From contig OY762654.1 of NCBI GenBank assembly GCA_963666205.1, forward strand, positions 1,984,001-2,048,000: a stretch of DNA of 64,000 nt, written 5' to 3'. The notes under the pieces are model-generated. The model was not told the origin of the DNA and ran no database searches. It saw only the letters and a program-made list of their open reading frames with translations. A program made the position numbers and the translations under genes. The first letter of the stretch is position 1, and each line of letters starts with the position of its first letter. Positions 1-8,458 of this stretch are shown here, one piece after another. The stretch is from Synergistales bacterium (GTDB lineage Bacteria; Synergistota; Synergistia; Synergistales; JAFGMB01).

Positions 1-48
1 TGATCCTGCTACTGGCACCTATGTTCCTTCTCAGCAGGAAACGTTTGA
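1..48 (+). CDS. 3' tail of an upstream Synerg-CTERM-type surface protein (partial, gene starts before the window)
   Basis: Frame from nt 3 reads ILLLAPMFLLSRKR, a hydrophobic segment plus basic tail like those of the two downstream genes. It is followed by the same terminator/promoter module. The stop is displaced by one base (CGT TTG A). Confidence 0.6.
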
Positions 49-213
49 TATCCCAAGTCAATATAGTCTTCTTTAAGGGGCCTGAATTCCGGGCCTGGCT
101 TTTTTCATTGGTATTTACCTTGTTCCATAAAATGATCGGATCAGTATCCAAAACCTTTCAAAATCCCTCGAACATGACAAAAGACTGCTTCTCATTTCAT
201 TTGGTGAATTAAC

Positions 214-241
214 TTGACCAATAGATTCATAGTGCTAACAT
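214..241 (+). promoter_or_regulatory. sigma70-type promoter with extended -10
   Basis: TTGACC-16 nt-TAACAT with TG upstream of the -10. Homologous copy at 2124-2151. Confidence 0.6.
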
Positions 242-369
242 GAAAAAGTCTTTTCCGATTAACCCTGCATATTTTTCCGTTCCTTCTTATTTGCCATCAC
301 ACAAAGATCACTTTTCCTTTTAGCCTGTGTTTTTTCATCACTATATTTCTTTTTATGGAGGTCTTTTAT

Positions 370-1932
370 ATGAAGAGCAGTTGCAGCTCAGTTTCTTTTC
401 GACGTTCTACGGTCTGTATGTTGTTTGTATTTGTGTTGTTCGCATTTATTTCTTTTACGGGTATAGTGACAGCGGTTTATGCTGAAACCTTTATGGTTAC
501 TTCAACCACTGATGATGTATCGGATACAGGTTCACTGCGTTACGCTATCCAAAATGGAACAAGCCAGGATGTAATAACCTTTGACCTTGAATACCCGGCA
601 ACAATTACATTAGGCCAACAGCTTAGAATCGTTCATGGAATCACAATCCAGGGACCTGGAGCGCATCTGCTTGAAGTAAGTGGCAATGACGAATTCAGGG
701 TCTTTGACATTGCTTGTTTGCAGGAACCCGTTACCATATCAGGTATTTCCATCGTTAGAGGTCGTGGTAAGGGCGGCGGAATATACAACATCAATCCCTA
801 TCTTACTGTGACGAACTGCACCTTCAGTGGCAACGGAGAATCTAATGATGGCGGCGGAATATACAACGAAAGTTCCAGCCCTACCGTGACAAACTGCATA
901 TTTACCATGAACAGTGCTCCTGGTGGCGGAGGGATGTACAACGACCATTCCAGCCCTACCGTAACGAACTGTACTTTCAGTGACAATAAAGGTGATGGTG
1001 GCGGAATGTACAACTATCGATCCAGTCCCACCGTTACGAACTGTACTTTCTCTTCGAACGGAGGAGGGCTTGCTGGCGGCGGAATGTACAACGATGAGTC
1101 TCATCCTGCTGTGACGAACTGCACCTTCAGTAAGAACAGCACTGGAGAGTTTAGTCTAGGCGGCGGGATGTACAACGAAAGTTCCAACCCTACCGTGACG
1201 AACTGTACTTTCTCTTCGAACTTTGCATCGTATGGCGGCGGAATGTACAACACAAACTGTTCCAGCCCTACGTTGAAGAACTGCATCTTTTGGGCTGACT
1301 GGGGCGAGATATTTAACGCTAATGGATGTGTTTCAGATCTCAGTTACTGTATTGTGGAGAACTGGGATGTTAGAGGACCAATTACACTTTCAGGTCCGAT
1401 CTATTCGTCAGATCCCAAACTTGGTCCATTGGCTGATAACGGAGGTCAAACGCAGACTTGTGCTCTTATGCCTGGAAGTTCAGCTATAGATCAAGGCTTA
1501 ACAATCCATTTTCTTTCAACAGATCAGCGAGGAGTAGATAGGCCTCAATGTGCCAGTTTTGATATCGGTGCCTATGAATTGAAATGTTACGCCCTTACCA
1601 CCACCTGCAATAGCGGAGGCTGCATTCTTCCTGAATCAGCAGATGTTTTTGAAGGTGCGAACATGGACTTTTACATCTATCCGGAATCGGATTATGGTAT
1701 ATCTGGAGTCTATGTCGACGGGAATCCCGTTTCTTATGATGAATTAAACTGCTGTTACACCTTCCAGAGTGTCTCTTCTGACCATGTACTCAGTGCTGAT
1801 TTTCAACCAGGCGGTGATGACGATGATAATAATGGAGGTGTCGGTGGAGGGGGCTGCAGCATCTCTGCATTGCCTGCCATTGGCTTGTTCTTGTTGATGC
1901 CCCTTATGTTCCTGTCAGGAAGAAGGAAGTAA
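370..1932 (+). CDS. Secreted right-handed beta-helix (GGGxYN/NCTFxxN repeat) surface protein with choice-of-anchor Q-like domain, InlB B-repeat-like domain and Synerg-CTERM tail
   Basis: GGAGG RBS at 357-361 favours ATG 370. Signal peptide ending AVYA; repeats GGGMYN...PTVTNCTFS; LADNGGQT...GSSAID...DQRG..R...DIGAYE; C-terminal GGGGCSISALPAIGLFLLMPLMFLSGRRK. Confidence 0.85.
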   Translation: MKSSCSSVSFRRSTVCMLFVFVLFAFISFTGIVTAVYAETFMVTSTTDDVSDTGSLRYAIQNGTSQDVITFDLEYPATITLGQQLRIVHGITIQGPGAHLLEVSGNDEFRVFDIACLQEPVTISGISIVRGRGKGGGIYNINPYLTVTNCTFSGNGESNDGGGIYNESSSPTVTNCIFTMNSAPGGGGMYNDHSSPTVTNCTFSDNKGDGGGMYNYRSSPTVTNCTFSSNGGGLAGGGMYNDESHPAVTNCTFSKNSTGEFSLGGGMYNESSNPTVTNCTFSSNFASYGGGMYNTNCSSPTLKNCIFWADWGEIFNANGCVSDLSYCIVENWDVRGPITLSGPIYSSDPKLGPLADNGGQTQTCALMPGSSAIDQGLTIHFLSTDQRGVDRPQCASFDIGAYELKCYALTTTCNSGGCILPESADVFEGANMDFYIYPESDYGISGVYVDGNPVSYDELNCCYTFQSVSSDHVLSADFQPGGDDDDNNGGVGGGGCSISALPAIGLFLLMPLMFLSGRRK

Positions 1933-2005
1933 CAGCCCAGCTTAGATAAAGAGATACACCAGCTAGATTATAAAAAAGCCAAGCTCGATCCGGGCCTGGC
2001 TTTTT
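1852..2005 (+). repeat. 154-bp direct repeat copy 1 (sorting tail, stop, spacer and terminator)
   Basis: Matches 3939-4092 with one mismatch on direct reading. Confidence 0.95.
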
Positions 2006-2123
2006 TAATGGTCCTTGGAGAGTTCCATAAAATGATCGAATCAGTATCCAAAACCTGCCAGGAAGAATAATGCTTCGAGAACCCATTATATCAGACTGTT
2101 ACCCTTTCATTCGGTGAATTAAC

Positions 2124-2151
2124 TTGACGTTTAAATCACTGGTGCTAAGAT
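2124..2151 (+). promoter_or_regulatory. sigma70-type promoter with extended -10
   Basis: TTGACG-16 nt-TAAGAT with TG; same context (GGTGAATTAAC) as 214-241. Confidence 0.6.
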
Positions 2152-2285
2152 GACAATAGTCTTTTTCCCTGAACTGATTGATATTTTCCACCTTTCTTAT
2201 CTTTCCACCATAAACAAGGCAGATCCCCTCTTTCTTCGCTTTCCCGTTTTACGAACTGATATTCAATTTTAGGGAGGTACTTGAT

Positions 2286-4019
2286 ATGAAGGATTGCGGT
2301 AAGAGATATTTCCGGTATTCCGTTTCTTTAGCATTGCTTGTATTTCTGTTAGCTTTATTTATCAGTTTTTGGGGAACGGCAGGTTATGCTGTGACTTTTG
2401 CAGTTACCAACACGAATGATTCTGGGGAAGGTTCTTTGAGAGCAGCTATTGTGAGTGCTGATGTTTACGAGGATGTAATAAGTTTTGACTTTGCTACTTA
2501 CCCTCAAACCATAACCCTGGAGTCTGAACTGGAGATAAGCGGCGATAAGAGTTTGAAGATCCAGGGTCCTGGAGCGGATAAGCTTGTTATCAGCGGAAAC
2601 AAAAAATGCAGAGTCTTTTATATTGCTACCACGGCGTCCGTGGACATATCAGGCATTTCCATCGTGAGCGGGAGTGCAGATATGGGTGGTGGAATGTACA
2701 ACTATCGATCCAACCCAATTATAACTAACTGTATCTTCTCTGCTAACACTGCTTCTAACGATATTAATGCTACTGGCGGCGGAATGCTTAATCGGAATAG
2801 CAGTCCTATAGTTACCAACTGCACCTTCTCTGAAAACAGCTCGAGCGTTTATGGGGGTGGGATGGGCAACGATACAGGTTCCAGTCCCACAGTCAGTAAT
2901 TGTACCTTCAACTCGAACAGCGCTTCTATTGGAGGCGGGATGTGTAATTGGTATCTTTACACCTCACCATTTCTTAACTGCACCTTCTCTTCCAACACGG
3001 CAGGTCAGGGCGGAGGTATGTACAATTTCGAATCATTGCCCGAGTTAACCACTTGTACTTTCTCTGAAAACACCGCAACCCAGAGGGGTGGTGGAATGTA
3101 TAACTCAGTTTCAAGCCCAGATATGACGAACTGTACCTTCAACGGGAACACTGCAAATGATTATGGTGGAGGAATCTATAATTATTTATCTGATCCCACC
3201 GTGATTAAATGTACATTTTTTGAAAACCATGCGGCAAATCATGGCGGCGGAATGTGCAATTATGAATCCACTTTTCATGTTTCTGATTGCACCTTTGATA
3301 CCAACAGCGCAGACTATGGAGGCGGCATGTTTAACGATTTCAAGCCATCCTCTGCCGTTACAGTATCCACGGTAATCCAAGGCAGTACATTTACAAACAA
3401 CATCGGAGTTGAAAAAGGTGGAGCTATCTACAACGAATATGCAAAAACGGTTGAGATAATCAATTGCACCCTGATCTTGAATTCTGCTGAATATGGTGGA
3501 GGAATTTATAGTTATATTTCCAGCCCTGTCATTACTAACTGTACTTTGACTGGCAATACAGCAAATTCGGGAGTTTCCATGTACAGTAAAGAGTCTGAAC
3601 CTTTTGCAAGAAATTGCATTTTCTGGGAGGACAATGGAGTGGAGGTCGTAAACAGTCTCTCTAGTCCGGATATAGCTTTCTGTGTTGTGGAGAATCAGAT
3701 AACAGGAGCCACGAACATTTCAGATATTATTACTGCAGATCCAATGTTGGAAGCATTGGATGATAACGGAGGTCCAACATGGACCTGTGCCCTGGGAAGG
3801 GGCAGTTCTGCCATAGATGAGGGGACTGACTCAGGCAATATTCCTAATACTGACCAGAGAGGAATAGAAAGGCCCCAGGGTGCCGGTTATGACATTGGCG
3901 CCTTTGAAGTGGAACCATCTTCATCTGACACCAGTAGTGGCTGCAGCATCTCTGCATTGCCTGCCATTGGCTTGTTCTTGTTGATGCCCCTTATGTTCCT
4001 GTCAGGAAGAAGGAAGTAA
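2286..4019 (+). CDS. Secreted beta-helix surface protein with choice-of-anchor Q-like domain and Synerg-CTERM tail
   Basis: GGGAGG RBS; signal peptide ending AGYA; about a dozen GGGMxN/CTFxxN repeats; DDNGGPTWT...DQRGIERPQGAGYDIGAFE; tail identical to that of 370-1932. Confidence 0.88.
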   Translation: MKDCGKRYFRYSVSLALLVFLLALFISFWGTAGYAVTFAVTNTNDSGEGSLRAAIVSADVYEDVISFDFATYPQTITLESELEISGDKSLKIQGPGADKLVISGNKKCRVFYIATTASVDISGISIVSGSADMGGGMYNYRSNPIITNCIFSANTASNDINATGGGMLNRNSSPIVTNCTFSENSSSVYGGGMGNDTGSSPTVSNCTFNSNSASIGGGMCNWYLYTSPFLNCTFSSNTAGQGGGMYNFESLPELTTCTFSENTATQRGGGMYNSVSSPDMTNCTFNGNTANDYGGGIYNYLSDPTVIKCTFFENHAANHGGGMCNYESTFHVSDCTFDTNSADYGGGMFNDFKPSSAVTVSTVIQGSTFTNNIGVEKGGAIYNEYAKTVEIINCTLILNSAEYGGGIYSYISSPVITNCTLTGNTANSGVSMYSKESEPFARNCIFWEDNGVEVVNSLSSPDIAFCVVENQITGATNISDIITADPMLEALDDNGGPTWTCALGRGSSAIDEGTDSGNIPNTDQRGIERPQGAGYDIGAFEVEPSSSDTSSGCSISALPAIGLFLLMPLMFLSGRRK

Positions 4020-4092
4020 CAGCCCAGCTTAGATAAAGAGATACACCAGCTAGATTATGAAAAAGCCAAGCTCGATCCGGGCCTGGCTTTTT
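3939..4092 (+). repeat. 154-bp direct repeat copy 2
   Basis: Matches 1852-2005 with one mismatch. Confidence 0.95.
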
Positions 4093-4164
4093 CATTGTCC
4101 AGAAAGGACGCTGCCATCCCCACAGTCACAAGTATTAAAATCGGAAGGACACCTTCCTTTCTAT

Positions 4165-4453
4165 TTTGCACAGCGTTCTCAGACCATAGAACGGGTATTT
4201 GCGTATGTCGGGGAAAGGCACGGTCTGAGATATCCCATGTTGAAAGGCAGGGCCAGAATAAAAATGGAGGTTCTGCTTACCTTTACATGTATGAATCTGA
4301 AAAAACTGGCTAAGTGGAAGGTCAAAGATCCAGGGTTGGGGGAGATTAAATCCTATGGTTCTTCAAATTCTACTCATTTTGTTTCAGCCAGGATTTAGAA
4401 AAATATAAAAGTCCCTTGGAACAGTATCTCCAAGGGACTTTGTCTGCAATCTG
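4165..4453 (+). mobile_element. IS1182-like transposase C-terminal remnant with probable right end
   Basis: RSQTIERVFA...RHGLRYPMLKGRARIKMEVLLTFTCMNLKKLAKW resembles the IS1182-type transposase C-terminus. Followed by a hairpin (4408-4441) and TTTGTCTGCAATCTG resembling an IS end. N-terminal part is absent. Confidence 0.7.
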
Positions 4454-4476
4454 GACTCTCTGAAAGGAGTGCATAA

Positions 4477-5046
4477 TTATTTTTGTCTTTCAAAGATCAT
4501 TAATCGTCCCCGCTGTTCTGAGAAGGAAAAGCCCATTCTGTTAAACAGGTTTAAAGTGTTTTCTGATTTTCCATGGCCTTTTTCAAATGCAACGGTTCCT
4601 GCCGGTCTGATGATCCTTTTCATTTCCAGTATAAGGTCTTCAAGTCCTCCCGATATGTGTCCCAGGCCAAAGAGAAAGGCCAGATCCATGCTTTTCTCTG
4701 GGAATGCAGTCTCTGAAGCATTACCCTCAATGGCAGTGATATTGGATAACTTAGCCTTTTCAGCTTTTTTCTCTACCCTTTCAATAAATCCCGGGTGAAG
4801 GTCCATGGCATATATCTGTCCCGTTCTTCCCACTATCTTCGCAGCCGGGATAGTGTAAAATCCTGGTCCGCACCCCACTTCGATAACTTTCTGTCCTTTC
4901 TTCAGACCCGCTGCTCTCAATTTTGAAAAGGGGTCTTTCAACAGCTTAAGTAGCGGATTGTCATGTATAAGTGTTATTGTCCAGTAAGCAAGTATTGATC
5001 TGTGTTCAATTTTCTTTCCCATTGTTTTGCTTCTCATGCAACTCAT
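4477..5046 (-). CDS. Class I SAM-dependent methyltransferase
   Basis: Motif I VIEVGCGPG. Start placed at the ATG overlapping the TetR stop (ATGA); start uncertain. Confidence 0.85.
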   Translation of the reverse strand: MSCMRSKTMGKKIEHRSILAYWTITLIHDNPLLKLLKDPFSKLRAAGLKKGQKVIEVGCGPGFYTIPAAKIVGRTGQIYAMDLHPGFIERVEKKAEKAKLSNITAIEGNASETAFPEKSMDLAFLFGLGHISGGLEDLILEMKRIIRPAGTVAFEKGHGKSENTLNLFNRMGFSFSEQRGRLMIFERQK

Positions 5047-5681
5047 TCTGCAGTCCTTCCTTTCCCGTTTCCATTTGATCCGGTAATACCTTTCCATCCC
5101 CATGTTCTGAATAGGGCCAACTCTTGCGCAAATTTTTCAAGTTCTTTCTCCGATACAGGGTGTAAGGATGCTTCCCGAATAGTGCTAACGTAAAATGAGG
5201 CCATGTTGTGTATGAAGAACTCAGAAACAGTAGTCGTAAGTGTTTCTGATCTTTTAAGTATCTCAATAATTTTTTTTGTCAGTATTTCATACTGGTCCAC
5301 CAGCCGGTCGAAATAGTTTTCCAGGGAGGACCCCCCCGCACAGGCAAAAAGCAGTCTAAATTCATCCCTGTGGTTACCAATAAACTTCATGTGAGTTCCG
5401 TATTCTGCTTTCCTCTGTTCAATTCCCCAGGTTTTTGCAAGTTCAACCGGGTCTGTTTCTTCCACTGTTTTTTTCTTTTCTACAAAGTAACTTGTAACAG
5501 GTTCAACAAGGTGTATAAAAAGGTCTTCCTTATTCCTGAAATAACAGTAGATTGTAGGTGCAGATATTCCTGCCCCCTCAGCAATACTTTTCATGGATGT
5601 TTTCTGAAATCCGCTTTCGAGGAATTTTGCCTTTGCCACCTGAATTATCTTCTCTCTGATCTCTTCCTTTAGCACCTGCAT
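5043..5681 (-). CDS. TetR/AcrR family transcriptional regulator
   Basis: N-terminal HTH: GFQKTSMKSIAEGAGISAPTIYCYFRNKEDLF. Confidence 0.92.
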   Translation of the reverse strand: MQVLKEEIREKIIQVAKAKFLESGFQKTSMKSIAEGAGISAPTIYCYFRNKEDLFIHLVEPVTSYFVEKKKTVEETDPVELAKTWGIEQRKAEYGTHMKFIGNHRDEFRLLFACAGGSSLENYFDRLVDQYEILTKKIIEILKRSETLTTTVSEFFIHNMASFYVSTIREASLHPVSEKELEKFAQELALFRTWGWKGITGSNGNGKGRTAE

Positions 5682-5787
5682 CCAGGATCACCCGCTTAAT
5701 AATGAATTATGTTCGCTATTAAGAATATACGCGAAATTTGCCATTTGTCAATACCTATCGACATTAGTTATTATTGTTAGAGAAATC

Positions 5788-5837
5788 AGTTGTATCTACA
5801 ACTAATTTATGGTATATAGTTGTAGATACAACTATAT
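5788..5837. promoter_or_regulatory. Paired palindromic operators, probably MarR sites
   Basis: AGTTGTA-TC-TACAACT (5788-5803) and ATATAGTTGTA-GA-TACAACTATAT (5814-5837) directly upstream of the MATE-MarR operon. Confidence 0.7.
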
Positions 5838-5857
5838 GAGAAAGGGAGTAATATGCC

Positions 5858-7222
5858 TTGAACCCTGAACGAGAACACATGCTTGCGAATGAACCTGTTT
5901 CAAGCCTTATATGGAAGCTTTCCCTTCCAGCTACGGTAGGGATGCTGGTTCAAGCCCTTTATAACCTTGTTGACACCATATATATCGGTCACAGTGTGGG
6001 TGCTCTTGGAATAGCAGGGCTCTCCATCTCTTTTCCGCTGCAGATGATAATAGGTGGGACGGGGGCAATGCTGGGTATGGGTGCAGCCTCAGTCATATCA
6101 AGAAACCTGGGTGCAAAGAATTACAAGAGGGCAGAGGTGGCCTTTGGGAATAACCTTCTTGCCATTCTGATCTTTGGGGGGGGCATTGCCTTTGTCGGTA
6201 AGTTTCTGACTGTTCCGATCCTTCAGGCCTTCGGCGCCACCGAGGCCATATTGCCCTATGCTCTCGACTATATGAGCGTGATCTTTCTTGGGACGCCCCT
6301 TATTGTATTCTGTATGTCCATGAACAATGTTATCCGTTCAGAAGGAGCGGCAAAGGTCGCCATGTATTCAATGGTTATTGGTGCGATTGCTAACATAATA
6401 CTTGATCCGGTATTTATCTTTGTATTGGATATGGGTGTTCGTGGTGCAGCAATTGCAACAGTTATGGCACGACTGGTTGTTATTGGCTGGATTACCTATT
6501 ACTATTCCACGGGACAAAGCTTTTTAAAATTTTCCATCAAATATATGAAGCCCCAGCTGGATATTATGGTTGAGATCATCGCCATAGGCTTCCCTGCACT
6601 GGTCAGGCATGCTGCGTCAAGTTTCGTATTTGGAATGGTCAATCAACTGGCTGCCTTTTATGGGGGGGATATGGCAGTTGCTCTCTTCGGTGTCAACAAC
6701 CGGGTCATTATATTCTCCTTTATGCCTGCAATAGGAATAGCACAGGGAATGCAGCCCATCCTCGGCTACAGCTACGGGGCCGGTTCCTATCACAGGGCCA
6801 GGGAGGTCATACTGAAATCAGCTTTAATAGCTACTGTCTTTTCATCACTTCTGGCCTTAGTTTTTTTTATTTTCCCCAAGACGGTAATATCCATATTTAC
6901 CCATGATCCTGCCCTTCTTGAAATGGGACCCCATGCTTTGAGGCTAATGACCTTCGCTTTGTGTGTAATCGGTTTTCAGATGATAGGGGGAACCCTTTTC
7001 CAGGCTATAGGGAAGGCACTCCCGTCATTCATCCTCAATACATCCAGGCAGATCCTGATACTGATACCTGTCCTGTATTTTCTTCCGAAGTACATAGGTA
7101 TTGATGGTGTATGGCTTGCTTTTCCCATCGCAGACATCCTTTCAACCTTCATAACTGTTCTTGTAGTCATACCACAGATGAAAAGCCTGAAACGGGCTGA
7201 ACTTGCCATGGAAGGAGAGTGA
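5858..7222 (+). CDS. MATE family efflux transporter (MepA-like)
   Basis: LYNLVDTIYIG, NIILDPVFIF...GVRGAAIAT, GMQPILGYSYGA; 454 aa, polytopic. Confidence 0.93.
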   Translation: MNPEREHMLANEPVSSLIWKLSLPATVGMLVQALYNLVDTIYIGHSVGALGIAGLSISFPLQMIIGGTGAMLGMGAASVISRNLGAKNYKRAEVAFGNNLLAILIFGGGIAFVGKFLTVPILQAFGATEAILPYALDYMSVIFLGTPLIVFCMSMNNVIRSEGAAKVAMYSMVIGAIANIILDPVFIFVLDMGVRGAAIATVMARLVVIGWITYYYSTGQSFLKFSIKYMKPQLDIMVEIIAIGFPALVRHAASSFVFGMVNQLAAFYGGDMAVALFGVNNRVIIFSFMPAIGIAQGMQPILGYSYGAGSYHRAREVILKSALIATVFSSLLALVFFIFPKTVISIFTHDPALLEMGPHALRLMTFALCVIGFQMIGGTLFQAIGKALPSFILNTSRQILILIPVLYFLPKYIGIDGVWLAFPIADILSTFITVLVVIPQMKSLKRAELAMEGE

Positions 7223-7710
7223 CTTCCCTAATGACATCTCCGAAATCTATCGGGAAAATGGTGTCCGTTATCCACAGGTACGGTCACAGCTATTTTGATC
7301 ATGAATTTTCTGATCTTGATATAGGGCATGGACCGAGAAATTTTCTTGCAGCTCTTTTCTGTCGGGAGGGTATGACACAGGATGAGCTGAGTGAGTCCCT
7401 TATGATGGACAAGACAACAACTGCCAGGGCGGTGAAACAGCTTGTCCAGGCAGGATATGTGATCCGTAAAAGGGATGAAGATGACCATAGATACTATCAT
7501 CTTTATCTTACTGATAAGGCCAGAGACCTGGCTCCCCGTATATGGGATGCAAGGTCAAAATGGACTGAAGTATTATCGAAGGGATTCACCGAAGAGGAAA
7601 AAGAGCTAATCTATATTTTTCTTGAAAGGGCAGCAGATAATGCAGCTGGATTCAGGGAAGAAGGTTTTCTGTTACAGGTAGAAACAGGTCAGGATAGCGA
7701 TTCGAAATAG
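7219..7710 (+). CDS. MarR family transcriptional regulator
   Basis: TQDELSESLMMDKTTTARAVKQLVQAGYVIRKRDEDDHRYYHLYLTDKA; GTGA overlap with the MATE stop. Confidence 0.92.
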   Translation: MTSLMTSPKSIGKMVSVIHRYGHSYFDHEFSDLDIGHGPRNFLAALFCREGMTQDELSESLMMDKTTTARAVKQLVQAGYVIRKRDEDDHRYYHLYLTDKARDLAPRIWDARSKWTEVLSKGFTEEEKELIYIFLERAADNAAGFREEGFLLQVETGQDSDSK

Positions 7711-7788
7711 ACAAGTTAACAGGCAGGGAAGATATTATGATCACCTGCCTTTTAACGATGATCCCTGTGTGAGAGAAAGATTCTCTAT

Positions 7789-8184
7789 TCAGTTGCAGTC
7801 CCCTGAAGATACGTTCTGCTGAATCCAGTTCCTGGCTATGATAAGAGAGATTCCACTGGACTCGGTTTTTTCGATGATCATGGTGTCATTAATAAAACGA
7901 AGAAAATCCGGAACATAGAGGGTCATCTCATCGATCTTTATCGCAAAGTAGTTTATATTATCTCTCCTTCTGTCGCGCTCAACCAGAGCGCTCTGTTCCT
8001 CTCCTCAGTAACCCTTGTATATACCCATACGAATGTAGAGATCTGGGCCTTTTTCCCGCATTAGTTCTTTTACGGATTCCGATGCCACCACTGTTATGTG
8101 ATCAGATTGTCCCGATAATGCAGCTGGTACGGAAACATATAAGAATACAATGAATATGGCTGTTAAAGCTGAAGATCTCTTCAT
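7789..8184 (-). CDS. Putative secreted selenoprotein (HesB-like / CC-Se-motif-like), 131 aa with UGA at codon 60; not in the ORF track
   Basis: GGGAGGA RBS, ATG 8184, signal peptide MKRSSALTAIFIVFLYVSVPAALS. One in-frame TGA at 8005-8007 (YKGY-U-GEE), after which the frame stays open for 71 codons to TGA 7789-7791. SECIS-like hairpin follows the UGA. Confidence 0.72.
7975..7991 (-). promoter_or_regulatory. Candidate bacterial SECIS element
   Basis: mRNA GCGCUC-UGGUU-GAGCGC. The stem starts 13 nt after the UGA and the loop 19 nt after it, with G in the second loop position. Confidence 0.62.
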
Positions 8185-8458
8185 GTCTTTTCCTCCCTGT
8201 CATAACTGCTCATCTATTGTAACTTCGATACCATATTAAATACCGAGCTGTACGTGTGGCCGGAACTTAAGACACCACTGAAAAAAGTGTTTACTATTGT
8301 TCGATGAAAATATGTGCGCAGGTCTTTTAAAAAGTATGTCTGAAAGTAGCTTTTGAGTTGAAGAGGTGCTGGAACTATTTAACTTCTTATAGTATGATAT
8401 CACTAAAACAGGATGAATAGATGAAATACTATAACAAGAAAGAAAGGAGGGAGACGAA

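Noticed and set aside
245-355. Riboswitch in the long leaders of the surface-protein genes (also 2155-2280)
   Set aside because: No recognisable aptamer consensus by eye; an Infernal/Rfam scan would be needed to exclude it fully.
1852-4092. Repeat pair as a DGR template/variable region or CRISPR repeats
   Set aside because: Only two copies, a single mismatch located outside the coding part, and no reverse transcriptase, cas gene or spacer pattern in the window.
4057-4398. Intact 113-aa gene or active IS
   Set aside because: The ATG lies inside the terminator repeat and only the last ~75 codons lie in the transposase-like remnant.
7741-7791. Second UGA (C-N-UGA) of the selenoprotein candidate as another Sec codon
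   Set aside because: Read-through adds only 15 residues running into the terminator hairpin, and the following hairpin lacks a G in its loop, so it is treated as the true stop.
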